From an uncultured delta proteobacterium (lineage in GTDB: Bacteria; Desulfobacterota; Desulfomonilia; UBA1062), in the NCBI GenBank assembly GCA_963785235.1, contig CAWAUM010000001.1, positions 160,001-224,000 on the forward strand: a DNA stretch of 64,000 nt. The letters are read 5' to 3'. A program made the translations under genes and the position numbers. Shown piece by piece: positions 43,911-52,469 of the stretch (positions are counted from its first letter, which is position 1; the number at the start of each line of letters is the position of its first letter). The notes beneath the pieces are model-generated. The model worked only from the letters and a program-made list of their open reading frames with translations, did no database searches and was not told the origin of the DNA.

Positions 43911-43954
43911 ACTACAGTGAATCTTCACCTATTCTTGATAGGTGACTATCAGGA

Positions 43955-43991
43955 AAAAAGGCTGAAACGCAGTTGAGTTTCCAGCCTTTTT
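43955..43991 (+). terminator. Intrinsic terminator after the small GfcA/YjbE-like gene
   Basis: AAAAAGGCTG...CAGCCTTTTT hairpin with T tract; extra hairpin TCACCTAT-N5-ATAGGTGA at 43925-43945. Confidence 0.65.
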
Positions 43992-43997
43992 GTTTGA

Positions 43998-44489
43998 ATG
44001 AAAAATAGACAACTTGTAATCCTATTTATTTATTTTATTTTTCAGTTCTCTCCCCATGTTTATGCGGAAGACTTGAATAATGAAACAGGTAGTATTCTGA
44101 CCTCTGCCGAAACACTGTTCAAAGCCATGCAGAAAAAGGAGTATGCACAGATCTGGGGATCCCTTTCTCAGAAATCGCGGGATACCATTGTGCAGGATAC
44201 CTATAAGGCTTTAAAGCCAAAGGGCGGAAACTACACTGAAGCAAGCATAGGCAAAGATTTCACTGGCGAAGGGTCATTGTCTCGTGCATATTGGGATGCC
44301 TTTTTAAAAAAGTTTGATCCCACCATGATCCTCGAAGAGAGCAGATGGGAGATGGAATCAATAAAAAGTGATAAAGCCGAGATTAAGATAATCTATAAAA
44401 AGGCTCAAAGCCCTGCCATGCTCAAGATGTTCAAAGAAGGTGGCATATGGAAGGTAGGGCTTACTGAGACATTCTGGACGAGGAAATAG
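43998..44489 (+). CDS. Hypothetical exported protein (NTF2/DUF4878-like pattern)
   Basis: Signal peptide; F.A....Y..IW..LS N-terminal and MFKEGGIWKV C-terminal pattern. Confidence 0.5.
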   Translation: MKNRQLVILFIYFIFQFSPHVYAEDLNNETGSILTSAETLFKAMQKKEYAQIWGSLSQKSRDTIVQDTYKALKPKGGNYTEASIGKDFTGEGSLSRAYWDAFLKKFDPTMILEESRWEMESIKSDKAEIKIIYKKAQSPAMLKMFKEGGIWKVGLTETFWTRK

Positions 44490-44501
44490 CAAGGAGTAGA
44501 T

Positions 44502-45695
44502 TTGGAAGGGCATCAAACACAGCGCAGCGAGAATGAAGGCCAATTCGACCTTCTCGACATCCTTCTCGTCATGGCAAAAAGGAAGAGGCTGATCATCGGC
44601 ATCACCATGGGTGCGGCCTTTCTTGTCGCTGTCGTTAGTTTACTCATGTCACCCATATACCGTGCCGAGACAAAGATACTTTCACCCCAGGTGAACTCGT
44701 CCATGACTGCGCAGATCCTCAATCAGATCGGAGCCGCCGCCGGGTTCCTCGGCGGTGCGCCCGGGGTCAAGTCACCCAATGAACTCTATATTGGTCTGTT
44801 GAAGAGCAGGCCTGTGCTCGACCGTATCATCGACAGGTTTGATCTGATGAAACTCTATGAAGTTAAATATCGCGAAGATGCCCAAAGTTCATTATTAAAA
44901 AACATCAAGGCACGAAATGATCTCAAGAGCAGCATCATCACCGTCGGAATTGAAGACAAAGACCCGAAACGGGCAGCTGATATGGCCAATGCACTCATAG
45001 AGGAGCTGCGGGTCATGAATAAAGGGCTCTCGGTCACAGAGGCTTCCCAGAGGAGGCTCTTTTTTGAAGAGCAGCTGAAGGAGGCCAAAGACTCCCTGTC
45101 AAAGGCCGAAGAGGCCATGAAGGGCTTCCAGGAGAAGAGCGGTGCGGTCAAGATCGATGCCCAGGCTGATGCGATCATAAGGGGTATTTCAGAATTCATG
45201 GCGCAGATTTCGGCCAAAGAAGTGCAGGTGCGAGTGATGAGGACTTATTCCACGCCGCAGAATCCTGATATCCTCAGGGCCGAGGAAGAGCTGAAGGGAA
45301 TGAAGGCGCAACTGTCAAAGCTCGAATCAAAGAGCGAAGGCGGGGGTGTAATAGTACCGACAGGAAATATGCCCTCAACAGGCACGCAATATGTTCGGTT
45401 GATGAGGGACCTGAAGTTCAACGAGACCCTCTATGAACTTCTGTTCAGCCAGTACCAGTCCGCCAAGATCGATGAGGCAAGGGATGCATCGGTAATCCAG
45501 GTCATCGAGAAGGCCGTGCCGCCGGCGAAAAAGATAAAGCCGAAAAGGAGTCTCATGGTAATCCTTGCCATGATCTCGGGTTTTTTTATTTCCATAGTAG
45601 TAGCCTTTTTTCTGGAATATATGGAGGGGGTCTCGGGTAATCCGGATTCTCTGGAAAAGGTTGCAAGGCTGAAAAGCAATATGTCATTCAGGTAA
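44502..45695 (+). CDS. Wzz/GNVR-domain polysaccharide co-polymerase without kinase domain
   Basis: LLDILLV.AKRKRLI, LLKSR, DKDPKRAA.MAN, coiled coil, IQVIEKAVPP.KK.KPKR plus TM. Confidence 0.88.
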   Translation: MEGHQTQRSENEGQFDLLDILLVMAKRKRLIIGITMGAAFLVAVVSLLMSPIYRAETKILSPQVNSSMTAQILNQIGAAAGFLGGAPGVKSPNELYIGLLKSRPVLDRIIDRFDLMKLYEVKYREDAQSSLLKNIKARNDLKSSIITVGIEDKDPKRAADMANALIEELRVMNKGLSVTEASQRRLFFEEQLKEAKDSLSKAEEAMKGFQEKSGAVKIDAQADAIIRGISEFMAQISAKEVQVRVMRTYSTPQNPDILRAEEELKGMKAQLSKLESKSEGGGVIVPTGNMPSTGTQYVRLMRDLKFNETLYELLFSQYQSAKIDEARDASVIQVIEKAVPPAKKIKPKRSLMVILAMISGFFISIVVAFFLEYMEGVSGNPDSLEKVARLKSNMSFR

Positions 45696-45811
45696 ACGGT
45701 GATGGAGAATACTAAGGGGAAAGGAACACGGCAATATAAACTGTCGGCAACAGGTGGCCTGTGTGTTTTCTCATTGACAATGAATGTACCTGGGGAGAGG
45801 ATTATTCCATA

Positions 45812-47797
45812 ATGCTTTTTGAGATGCGAAATTCCTCCACTATTTTCAGAAAGAAATTCTGGACTATACTCCTTGCGGATATAACCCTTCTTGTTTTGTG
45901 TTATGTCAGCGCATACGCAATTCGTTTTGAAGGCAGCATAGCACCTGTTTATCAGCAACAGATCATAACCACCCTTTTGCCGCTGCTGGCCATTAAGGTC
46001 TGCTGCTTCTTTGCCTTTGAACTCTATCGGGGCATGTGGAGGTATGCGGGTATACGGGATCTGGTGAACATCGTGAAGGGCGCCCTTTGCAGTATGTTGA
46101 TATTTGTCGGGTATCTAGCCATATTCCGGCATTTCGAAGGCGTATCCCGAGGTGTGGTTGTCATTGATTTTCTTTTAACCGTCATAAGCATTGGCGGGTT
46201 CCGGCTTCTCGTCCGGCTCTATTACCAGAGGGACAGCGCATTTGTGGATGAGCTTGTGTTCTGGCGGAAATCACTCAGGAGCAGAAGGAACATCCTCATC
46301 GTAGGGACAGGGACCCGCGCTGAGAAGCTCATGCGGGAGATCCACGAAAACAGCAAGACCAGTTACCGGGTGATCGGTTTCATTGACATGGGTGGTATGC
46401 ACAAGGGCATGAAGATTCATGGGGTCCCCATACTGGGAACAGCAACCGACCTGCCGCAGCTGGTTTCATTTCATGAGATCGAGGATATCCTCATCGCTGA
46501 TTCGGATCTGAATGCAAAGGCAATAAGCGCTATTGTCGAGATGTGCGGGGATTGCGGGGTCAGGTTTAAGGTTATCCCGTCACTTTCTGAAAGGATGAGC
46601 CAGGGGGAAGCCGACAGTCTCAGGGATATAAAACTTGAAGATCTTATGGACAGGGAACCCGTGAAGCTCGACATGGAGCTGGTCAGGGCGGAAATCCAGG
46701 GGCAGACGATACTCGTTACCGGGGCAGGGGGATCCATAGGGTCTGAACTCTGCAGGCAGATACTGAGATACAAGCCCGACAGGCTAATCCTGGTTGATAA
46801 CGCGGAGACACCGCTGTATCACATCGACATGGAGCTGAATTCTTTGAAGGCTGCCGATTCAAGGACAGAGATCATCCCGTGTATCGGGGATGTGCGGAGC
46901 AGGAGGAGCCTGGAGCGCATATTCCGCAGGCACAAACCCCAGTATGTGTATCATGCCGCAGCGTACAAACACGTGCCCATGATGGAGCGCTCGCCCATAG
47001 ATGCCATAAACAACAACATCATCGGCACATTCAAGCTTGCCACCCTGTCGTGCAAGTATCATGTGAGGAAGTTTGTACTGATCTCCACAGACAAGGCCGT
47101 GCGGCCCACATCGGTGATGGGGGCCACCAAGAGGGTTGCGGAGCTGGTCGTGCAGTCGATTAACGGGAACGGGACCAGGTTTGTGGTGGTGCGGTTCGGC
47201 AATGTGCTGGGGAGCAACGGGAGCGTGGTGCCGCTGTTCCAGGGGCAGATCGCATCCGGCGGACCGGTCACGGTAACGCACCCTGAGGTGACGAGATATT
47301 TCATGACCATACCCGAGGCGGTGATGCTGGTGCTTCAGGCAGGGTCCATCGGCAAGGGCGGAGAACTGTTCCTGCTGGATATGGGCAAACAGGTGAAGAT
47401 CTCGGACCTGGCAAGAAACATGATACGGCTTTCAGGCTTTGTGCCGGACAAGGATATCAAGATTGAATATATCGGGCTCAGGCCAGGTGAGAAGCTCTAC
47501 GAGGAATTGCTCATAGATGGAGAAGGAATCATTGACACTGCCTATGAAAAGATCAAGGTGTGCAATACCTGCAGCAGGATCGATGAGGAGGATCTCTTCG
47601 GGGGGATCGAGCATTTCAGTCTGCTCGTGAAGAACTCCGGTGATTCCAAGACCGCCCTGAAAATCCTGGAAAGACTCATACCGGATTTCAAGAGAGAAGA
47701 TAGTTCAGAATCAACGACATCTTCAGCCGAACCTTATCTTTCTGAAGAGAAAGGTACGACCATCATTCAGGTGAAATCTAAGATCTATTCCAAATAG
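45812..47797 (+). CDS. Membrane-bound UDP-GlcNAc 4,6-dehydratase (CapD/WbpM/PglF family)
   Basis: Four N-terminal TM, TGAGGSIGSE, HAAAYKHVP, STDKAV, MGATK, RFGNVLGSNGSV, GLRPGEKLYEEL. Confidence 0.93.
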   Translation: MLFEMRNSSTIFRKKFWTILLADITLLVLCYVSAYAIRFEGSIAPVYQQQIITTLLPLLAIKVCCFFAFELYRGMWRYAGIRDLVNIVKGALCSMLIFVGYLAIFRHFEGVSRGVVVIDFLLTVISIGGFRLLVRLYYQRDSAFVDELVFWRKSLRSRRNILIVGTGTRAEKLMREIHENSKTSYRVIGFIDMGGMHKGMKIHGVPILGTATDLPQLVSFHEIEDILIADSDLNAKAISAIVEMCGDCGVRFKVIPSLSERMSQGEADSLRDIKLEDLMDREPVKLDMELVRAEIQGQTILVTGAGGSIGSELCRQILRYKPDRLILVDNAETPLYHIDMELNSLKAADSRTEIIPCIGDVRSRRSLERIFRRHKPQYVYHAAAYKHVPMMERSPIDAINNNIIGTFKLATLSCKYHVRKFVLISTDKAVRPTSVMGATKRVAELVVQSINGNGTRFVVVRFGNVLGSNGSVVPLFQGQIASGGPVTVTHPEVTRYFMTIPEAVMLVLQAGSIGKGGELFLLDMGKQVKISDLARNMIRLSGFVPDKDIKIEYIGLRPGEKLYEELLIDGEGIIDTAYEKIKVCNTCSRIDEEDLFGGIEHFSLLVKNSGDSKTALKILERLIPDFKREDSSESTTSSAEPYLSEEKGTTIIQVKSKIYSK

Positions 47798-47839
47798 GCC
47801 TCTCCCAAACCCTTGACGAACAAGGTTGGAGGGTGATAC

Positions 47840-48289
47840 ATGCTTGGTCTTGATGATTGCTCTTTGATGAAGATGGCATTGGAAGAGGCACAGAAGGCTG
47901 CCGATATTGGAGAAGTGCCGGTCGGCGCAGTGCTTGTGGTCAATGATCATGTGGTTACAGGCCACAACAGGATGATCATGGATAATGATCCTACTGCGCA
48001 TGCCGAGATAGTGGTTATCCGTGAGGCTGCACGGCTGGCTGATAATTACCGGCTCACACACTCGAGGCTCTATGTCACCATTGAGCCGTGCATCATGTGT
48101 GTGGGCGCGATTATCCAGGCACGCATTGAATACCTCTTCTATGGTGCGAGAGATAGACGCTATGGCGCCGTGGAATCCATGATCGAGGGATTCAGGCTTG
48201 ATGTAAACCACAAGCCTGTTATCCATGCCGGTTTCATGGAAGATCAGGCGGGCTCTTTGATAAAGGCCTTTTTCAAAGCAAAAAGGTAA
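47840..48289 (+). CDS. tadA: tRNA adenosine(34) deaminase
   Basis: GEVPVGAV, DPTAHAE, YVTIEPCIMC zinc motif, FF...R C-terminus. Confidence 0.92.
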   Translation: MLGLDDCSLMKMALEEAQKAADIGEVPVGAVLVVNDHVVTGHNRMIMDNDPTAHAEIVVIREAARLADNYRLTHSRLYVTIEPCIMCVGAIIQARIEYLFYGARDRRYGAVESMIEGFRLDVNHKPVIHAGFMEDQAGSLIKAFFKAKR

Positions 48290-48380
48290 GGAGAGGTACC
48301 GAAGTGGTCATAACGGGGCCGACTCGAAATCGGCTGTCCTTTTTCAAGGACCGGGGGTTCGAATCCCTCCCTCTCCGCCA
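48290..48380 (+). tRNA. tRNA-Ser(CGA)
   Basis: GGAGAGG acceptor, anticodon arm GCCGA-CTCGAAA-TCGGC, long variable arm, GGTTCGAATCC, CCA end. Confidence 0.95.
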
Positions 48381-48401
48381 ACACGAATACGTTACGCATG
48401 A

Positions 48402-48494
48402 GGAGAGATGCCCGAGAGGCCGAAGGGGCACGATTGGAAATCGTGTGTACCGCTAATAACGGTACCGAGGGTTCGAATCCCTCTCTCTCCGCCA
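48402..48494 (+). tRNA. tRNA-Ser(GGA)
   Basis: GGAGAGA acceptor, CACGA-TTGGAAA-TCGTG, long variable arm, GGTTCGAATCC, CCA end. Confidence 0.95.
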
Positions 48495-48501
48495 TATGAA
48501 C

Positions 48502-48625
48502 AAGGCCTTGCAAGAGGCCGGGTCTCATACAATGCAGCACTGCGAACCCCGTCAGGCCCGGAAGGGAGCAGCGGTAAGCAAGATGCTGTGTGTGTATGGT
48601 AAGGCCCGGTCTCTTGCAGGGCCTT
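48502..48625 (+). ncRNA. ffs: Signal recognition particle small RNA (4.5S)
   Basis: Long hairpin AAGGCCTTGCAAGAG...CTCTTGCAGGGCCTT with domain IV TCAGGCCCGGAAGGGAGCAGC; upstream of dnaX. Confidence 0.92.
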
Positions 48626-48691
48626 AGTGTTTTTCGTAAGGACGAAGGCAGTCCGCTTGTGTAATATGGGTTTTAATACGAGGATGATTTT

Positions 48692-50239
48692 ATGTATCAG
48701 GTCATAGCCCGTAAGTTCAGACCCCAGCGGTTCGAAGATGTTGTGGGGCAGGAGCATGTCACGAGGGTGCTCTGCAATGCCATAGAGCTGAACAGGCTGC
48801 CCCATGCATTTATCTTTTCCGGCCCCCGGGGTGTGGGCAAGACTTCTGTTGCCCGGATTCTCGCCAAGGCAATCAATTGCGACAAGGGTCTATCCTGCAA
48901 CCCATGCAATACCTGCCCCTTGTGTATGGATATCACTGCATCGCGTGCAGTCGACGTGTTCGAGATAGATGCAGCCACCCATACCCAGGTGGAAAAGATC
49001 CGTGACCTCATTGAAAATTCCCGGTACACACCCACGGTGGCACGATATAAGACCTTTATCATCGATGAAGTGCACATGCTCTCACGGAGCGCCTTTAATG
49101 CCCTGCTGAAGACATTGGAAGAGCCGCCTGCGCATGTGATATTCATTCTCGCCACGACCGAGCTTGCAAAGGTCCCTGTTACGGTGCTCTCGCGCTGCCA
49201 GCGTTACGACTTCAGGCGGATCCCGGTGGATGATATTGTCCGTCATCTCGCATCAGTCGCCCAAAAAGAGCAGATCACCATCACTGATGATGCCCTGGTC
49301 GTAATAGCGCTGCAGGCCGATGGCAGCATGAGGGATGCCCAGGGCATGCTTGAGCATATTTCCGCCGCAGGCAGGGACCTCATTGGAGTTGATGCGGTGG
49401 AAGATTCCCTTGGGCTTGTGGGAAGATCGACCATGCGCGATCTGGTCACGGCAATTGTGAAAAAGGATGCCCCCGGCACCCTCCATGTCGTTGAGCGGGT
49501 CTACCGGTACGGGCAGGATCTGAATCAGCTTTATCGATCGCTCCTGGAGCAGTTCAGGAATATGATGGTCCTCAAGGCCGGTTATATGAATGTAACGCTG
49601 CCCGAAGAAGAGAAGGCCTTCCTGAAAGATCTCATGTCCGACATATCCTTCGAAGAGGTCCACCGGTACCTGAGTGTTCTCATTCGTTCTGAAGAGGACA
49701 TGAAGTTTACCAGCATTACCAGGATAACCCTTGAGACGATCCTTTTGCGCATCATATCAGCCCCACGTGCAGTGGATCTGCAGAATCTCATACAGGCGGT
49801 TTCCTCCAGGGGGGCAGTGTTGCCGACAGGCCATACTCAACAGATTTCACCTGTAGAGATCTACAGGAGGCCTCCTTCCTCGCTGCCGCTTTCATGGGAA
49901 GGTTTCCTTTCATACCTGAAGGATCATGACCAGCCTCTCTATGCTGTTGCATCGAACGCCGCCCTTGAACAGGATAATGGTAATGAGATTACGTTGTCAT
50001 GCGCGAACCAATTTTTCACGGAGCAGCTCACGAAAGCCCTTCCGGATCTGACCAGCAGGGCCAGGGCCTTTCTTCAGAAGGACATGGTGCTGAATGTTGC
50101 AATAAGAGACGCCGCTGTGATTGAGAATAAAAAACCCAAACCCTCTGAGATAAGGACCCAGGCGCTGAAATCATCCCTGGTAAAAGACATCATGTCTGAA
50201 TTTAACGGCATCGTAAAGAATGTCAGACCTAAAGAATAA
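48692..50239 (+). CDS. dnaX: DNA polymerase III subunit gamma/tau
   Basis: YQVIARKFRP, GPRGVGKT, Cys zinc cluster, IDEVHML, NALLKTLEEPP, SRCQ. Confidence 0.96.
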   Translation: MYQVIARKFRPQRFEDVVGQEHVTRVLCNAIELNRLPHAFIFSGPRGVGKTSVARILAKAINCDKGLSCNPCNTCPLCMDITASRAVDVFEIDAATHTQVEKIRDLIENSRYTPTVARYKTFIIDEVHMLSRSAFNALLKTLEEPPAHVIFILATTELAKVPVTVLSRCQRYDFRRIPVDDIVRHLASVAQKEQITITDDALVVIALQADGSMRDAQGMLEHISAAGRDLIGVDAVEDSLGLVGRSTMRDLVTAIVKKDAPGTLHVVERVYRYGQDLNQLYRSLLEQFRNMMVLKAGYMNVTLPEEEKAFLKDLMSDISFEEVHRYLSVLIRSEEDMKFTSITRITLETILLRIISAPRAVDLQNLIQAVSSRGAVLPTGHTQQISPVEIYRRPPSSLPLSWEGFLSYLKDHDQPLYAVASNAALEQDNGNEITLSCANQFFTEQLTKALPDLTSRARAFLQKDMVLNVAIRDAAVIENKKPKPSEIRTQALKSSLVKDIMSEFNGIVKNVRPKE

Positions 50240-51185
50240 TACCATTACTGCAATTGATGGCGTGCGCGTCGGCCATTGCTCTGATCTTGAGGGGGGCACC
50301 GGTGTTACCGTAATCCTGTTCGATAAGCCGGCACTGGGCGCTGTGGATATTACGGGAATGGCCACATCCACCAGGCAGATCGATTCCCTTGACATGCTGC
50401 ATCCCGGCAGTGCAATTCACGCCCTGTGCCTGGCCGGAGGATCTGCCTTCGGCCTCGACGCCGCATCAGGTGTCGTGCGGTATCTCGGCGAGCAGGGCAT
50501 AGGGCTTGATCTTGTAGTGGCCAGAGTTCCCGTTGTTCCAACGGCTGTCATATTCGACCTGTCCTTCATGGATTCACAGGCCAGGCCGACACAGGCCATG
50601 GCATATGAGGCATGCCTGGCAGCCTCATCTTCTCCGGTTGAGCAGGGGTGCATGGGCGCAGGCACCGGTGCTACCTGCGGCAAGCTCAGGGGCGTGGCAT
50701 ATGGTACAAAGGCAGGGCTCGGCTCCGGCATGATTCAAGGCGCGGATGGCGTCCTCATGGGCGCCCTGGTGGTTGCAAACCCCTTCGGGGATGTCCTTGA
50801 TGAGCAGGGCCGGATCATTGCAGGCTCGCGTGATGATAACGGGTTTCTCAACATGCAGGATGCCATTACGAAGGGTGAGGTGAGAGGGCGTTTCGGTGCG
50901 CCGGGCAACACAACTCTTTGTGTCCTTGTAACTGATGCCTGCATGGATAAGGTCATGGCAATGCAGGTGGCGCGCATGGCAGGCCAGGGTCTTGCCAGGC
51001 ACATCTCTCCTTTCAACACCCCTTTTGATGGTGATATGGTCTTCTGTCTTTGTGTGGGAGAAAAACCGGCCCACCCGCTCCATCTCGGTGTCATAGCTGC
51101 CCAGGCAGCGAGCAGTGCCCTGTTGAATGCCGTGCGGCATGCCCGGAGCATGGGCGGGATTCCTGCCTCGTATGATATTCTTTAA
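50220..51185 (+). CDS. P1 family (S58/DmpA-like) peptidase
   Basis: ITAIDGVRVGH, GGSAFGLDAA.GV, GAGTGA, G|NTTL autoprocessing region, DGD. Confidence 0.88.
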   Translation: MSDLKNNTITAIDGVRVGHCSDLEGGTGVTVILFDKPALGAVDITGMATSTRQIDSLDMLHPGSAIHALCLAGGSAFGLDAASGVVRYLGEQGIGLDLVVARVPVVPTAVIFDLSFMDSQARPTQAMAYEACLAASSSPVEQGCMGAGTGATCGKLRGVAYGTKAGLGSGMIQGADGVLMGALVVANPFGDVLDEQGRIIAGSRDDNGFLNMQDAITKGEVRGRFGAPGNTTLCVLVTDACMDKVMAMQVARMAGQGLARHISPFNTPFDGDMVFCLCVGEKPAHPLHLGVIAAQAASSALLNAVRHARSMGGIPASYDIL

Positions 51186-51277
51186 CTGATATACGCTCAT
51201 TCAAGAGCCGCCGGAGGACTTCCGTTGCCGCGAGTGGAAACCGTGGTCATGCGCGGGTTCATGGGGGTTCAAAACCG

Positions 51278-51306
51278 TTGACAAAGCCAAGGCAGTTGGG
51301 TAGAAG
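51278..51306 (+). promoter_or_regulatory. Sigma-70 promoter of tRNA-Met
   Basis: TTGACA-N17-TAGAAG, 10 nt before the tRNA 5' end. Confidence 0.7.
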
Positions 51307-51316
51307 TGATGTCCGT

Positions 51317-51393
51317 GGCGGAGTAGCTCAGGTGGTCAGAGCATGCGGCTCATATCCGCAGTGTCGGGGGTTCAAATCCCTCCTCCGCTACCA
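51317..51393 (+). tRNA. tRNA-Met(CAT), elongator type
   Basis: GGCGGAG acceptor, TGCGG-CTCATAT-CCGCA, GGTTCAAATCC, CCA; lacks initiator C1:A72 and GGG/CCC anticodon stem. Confidence 0.9.
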
Positions 51394-51404
51394 TTCATGA
51401 TAAT

Positions 51405-51441
51405 AAAAAAAGCAGGGTCTTTGCCGGCCCTGCTTTTTTTT
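51405..51441. terminator. Bidirectional intrinsic terminator
   Basis: A7-GCAGGG-loop-CCCTGC-T8 between convergent tRNA-Met and PEP-CTERM gene. Confidence 0.85.
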
Positions 51442-51456
51442 CGATGAATGGAATAA

Positions 51457-52117
51457 TCAGGCTTTTTTGAATATCTTCCGGAATCCGGCAAGCCCTATCA
51501 TCCCGGAGCCCAGGAGCAGCATGGTGGCCGGTTCTGGGACAGGGGCGGTGTTTCGGTTATTTGTACTGTCGGTGAGGTTATAGGTGAAGTTATCCATCAA
51601 CCAGTATGCGCTTGTTGAATTGGATGTTGCCTGTATAACCAGCTTTGTTATATTCGAGAAGTCTGCTGACAACCAGTTGTAAGAATTAGTTGACAGGAAG
51701 AATTCAGATGACGAACCAACCTGGTTGAGCTCCATTATATGCAAACAGGGTAATAGACGATGCGGTGCGGGAGTCTGCCCTCTGGCCATCATTTTGTGCA
51801 AATGCGGTAAAATCTGCACCGGAAAAATTAGCAGTCTTGAAAAAATCGATGACCATGGTTTTTACTCCAAAACCATTGAACAAGGCATACTCTCCGGAAG
51901 GGGAACCATAGCTGTTGCCCCATGAAGTTGCATAATTTGTATCGGATTGAACATATGCAGATGAGTTGAAGGTTAAATCAGGATAATAATTTGTAGGGAT
52001 TTTTACGCTGCTGACTCCCGATGTTATGTCATCGAAGGTAATGACAGCGGTATGTCCGGGTATACTGAGGCCAATGAGCATGACCATAGTAATTAAGGTG
52101 ACCATTCTTTTTATCAT
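51457..52117 (-). CDS. PEP-CTERM sorting-domain surface protein; +1 frameshift near 51727
   Basis: GGAGG SD, signal peptide, AVITFDD, S/T/N-rich body, MDNFTY, C-terminal VPEPATMLLLGSGMIGLAGFRKIFKKA. Confidence 0.9.
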
Positions 52118-52153
52118 AAATAATTCCTCCAGGGTGCTTGGTAGTGCTAGATA

Positions 52154-52171
52154 TTGCACGTTTAATGCCAA
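52154..52171 (-). promoter_or_regulatory. Sigma-54 promoter of the PEP-CTERM gene
   Basis: Minus strand TTGGCATTAAACGTGCAA = GG-N10-GC, about 37 nt upstream of ATG. Confidence 0.7.
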
Positions 52172-52469
52172 GGACCAGATATTGTAACTAATTGAATATA
52201 AATAAATTAATAATCTTTCAAGGCACATGATGGGGCAATATATGCTTGCATATGTAAAACTATGCCTATTAGGGGGAAGTTATTTTCCATCGGTCCCTAG
52301 GATCCTTTCGAGGGAGGGGGTGAAACCTTTTTTGAGTTTTGCAATTGCCTTGAGAGAAAGAAATAATAGGTATCTCTTCTCAATGATGATATGGAAGTTG
52401 AAAGACATCCAAGATCTGGTTTATTATCCTTAACAATTTCTGATAAAAGTTATGAAAGGTTGATGTAGC

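Noticed and set aside
48692-50239. Programmed frameshift in dnaX
   Set aside because: No A-AAA-AAG slippery site with downstream hairpin or long A tract seen at the expected position
51186-51277. Possible 6S or other ncRNA upstream of tRNA-Met
   Set aside because: About 90 nt, no convincing long closing stem
51317-52260. tRNA-Met as integration site for the AT-rich PEP-CTERM gene
   Set aside because: No integrase and no duplicated tRNA 3' end seen in the window
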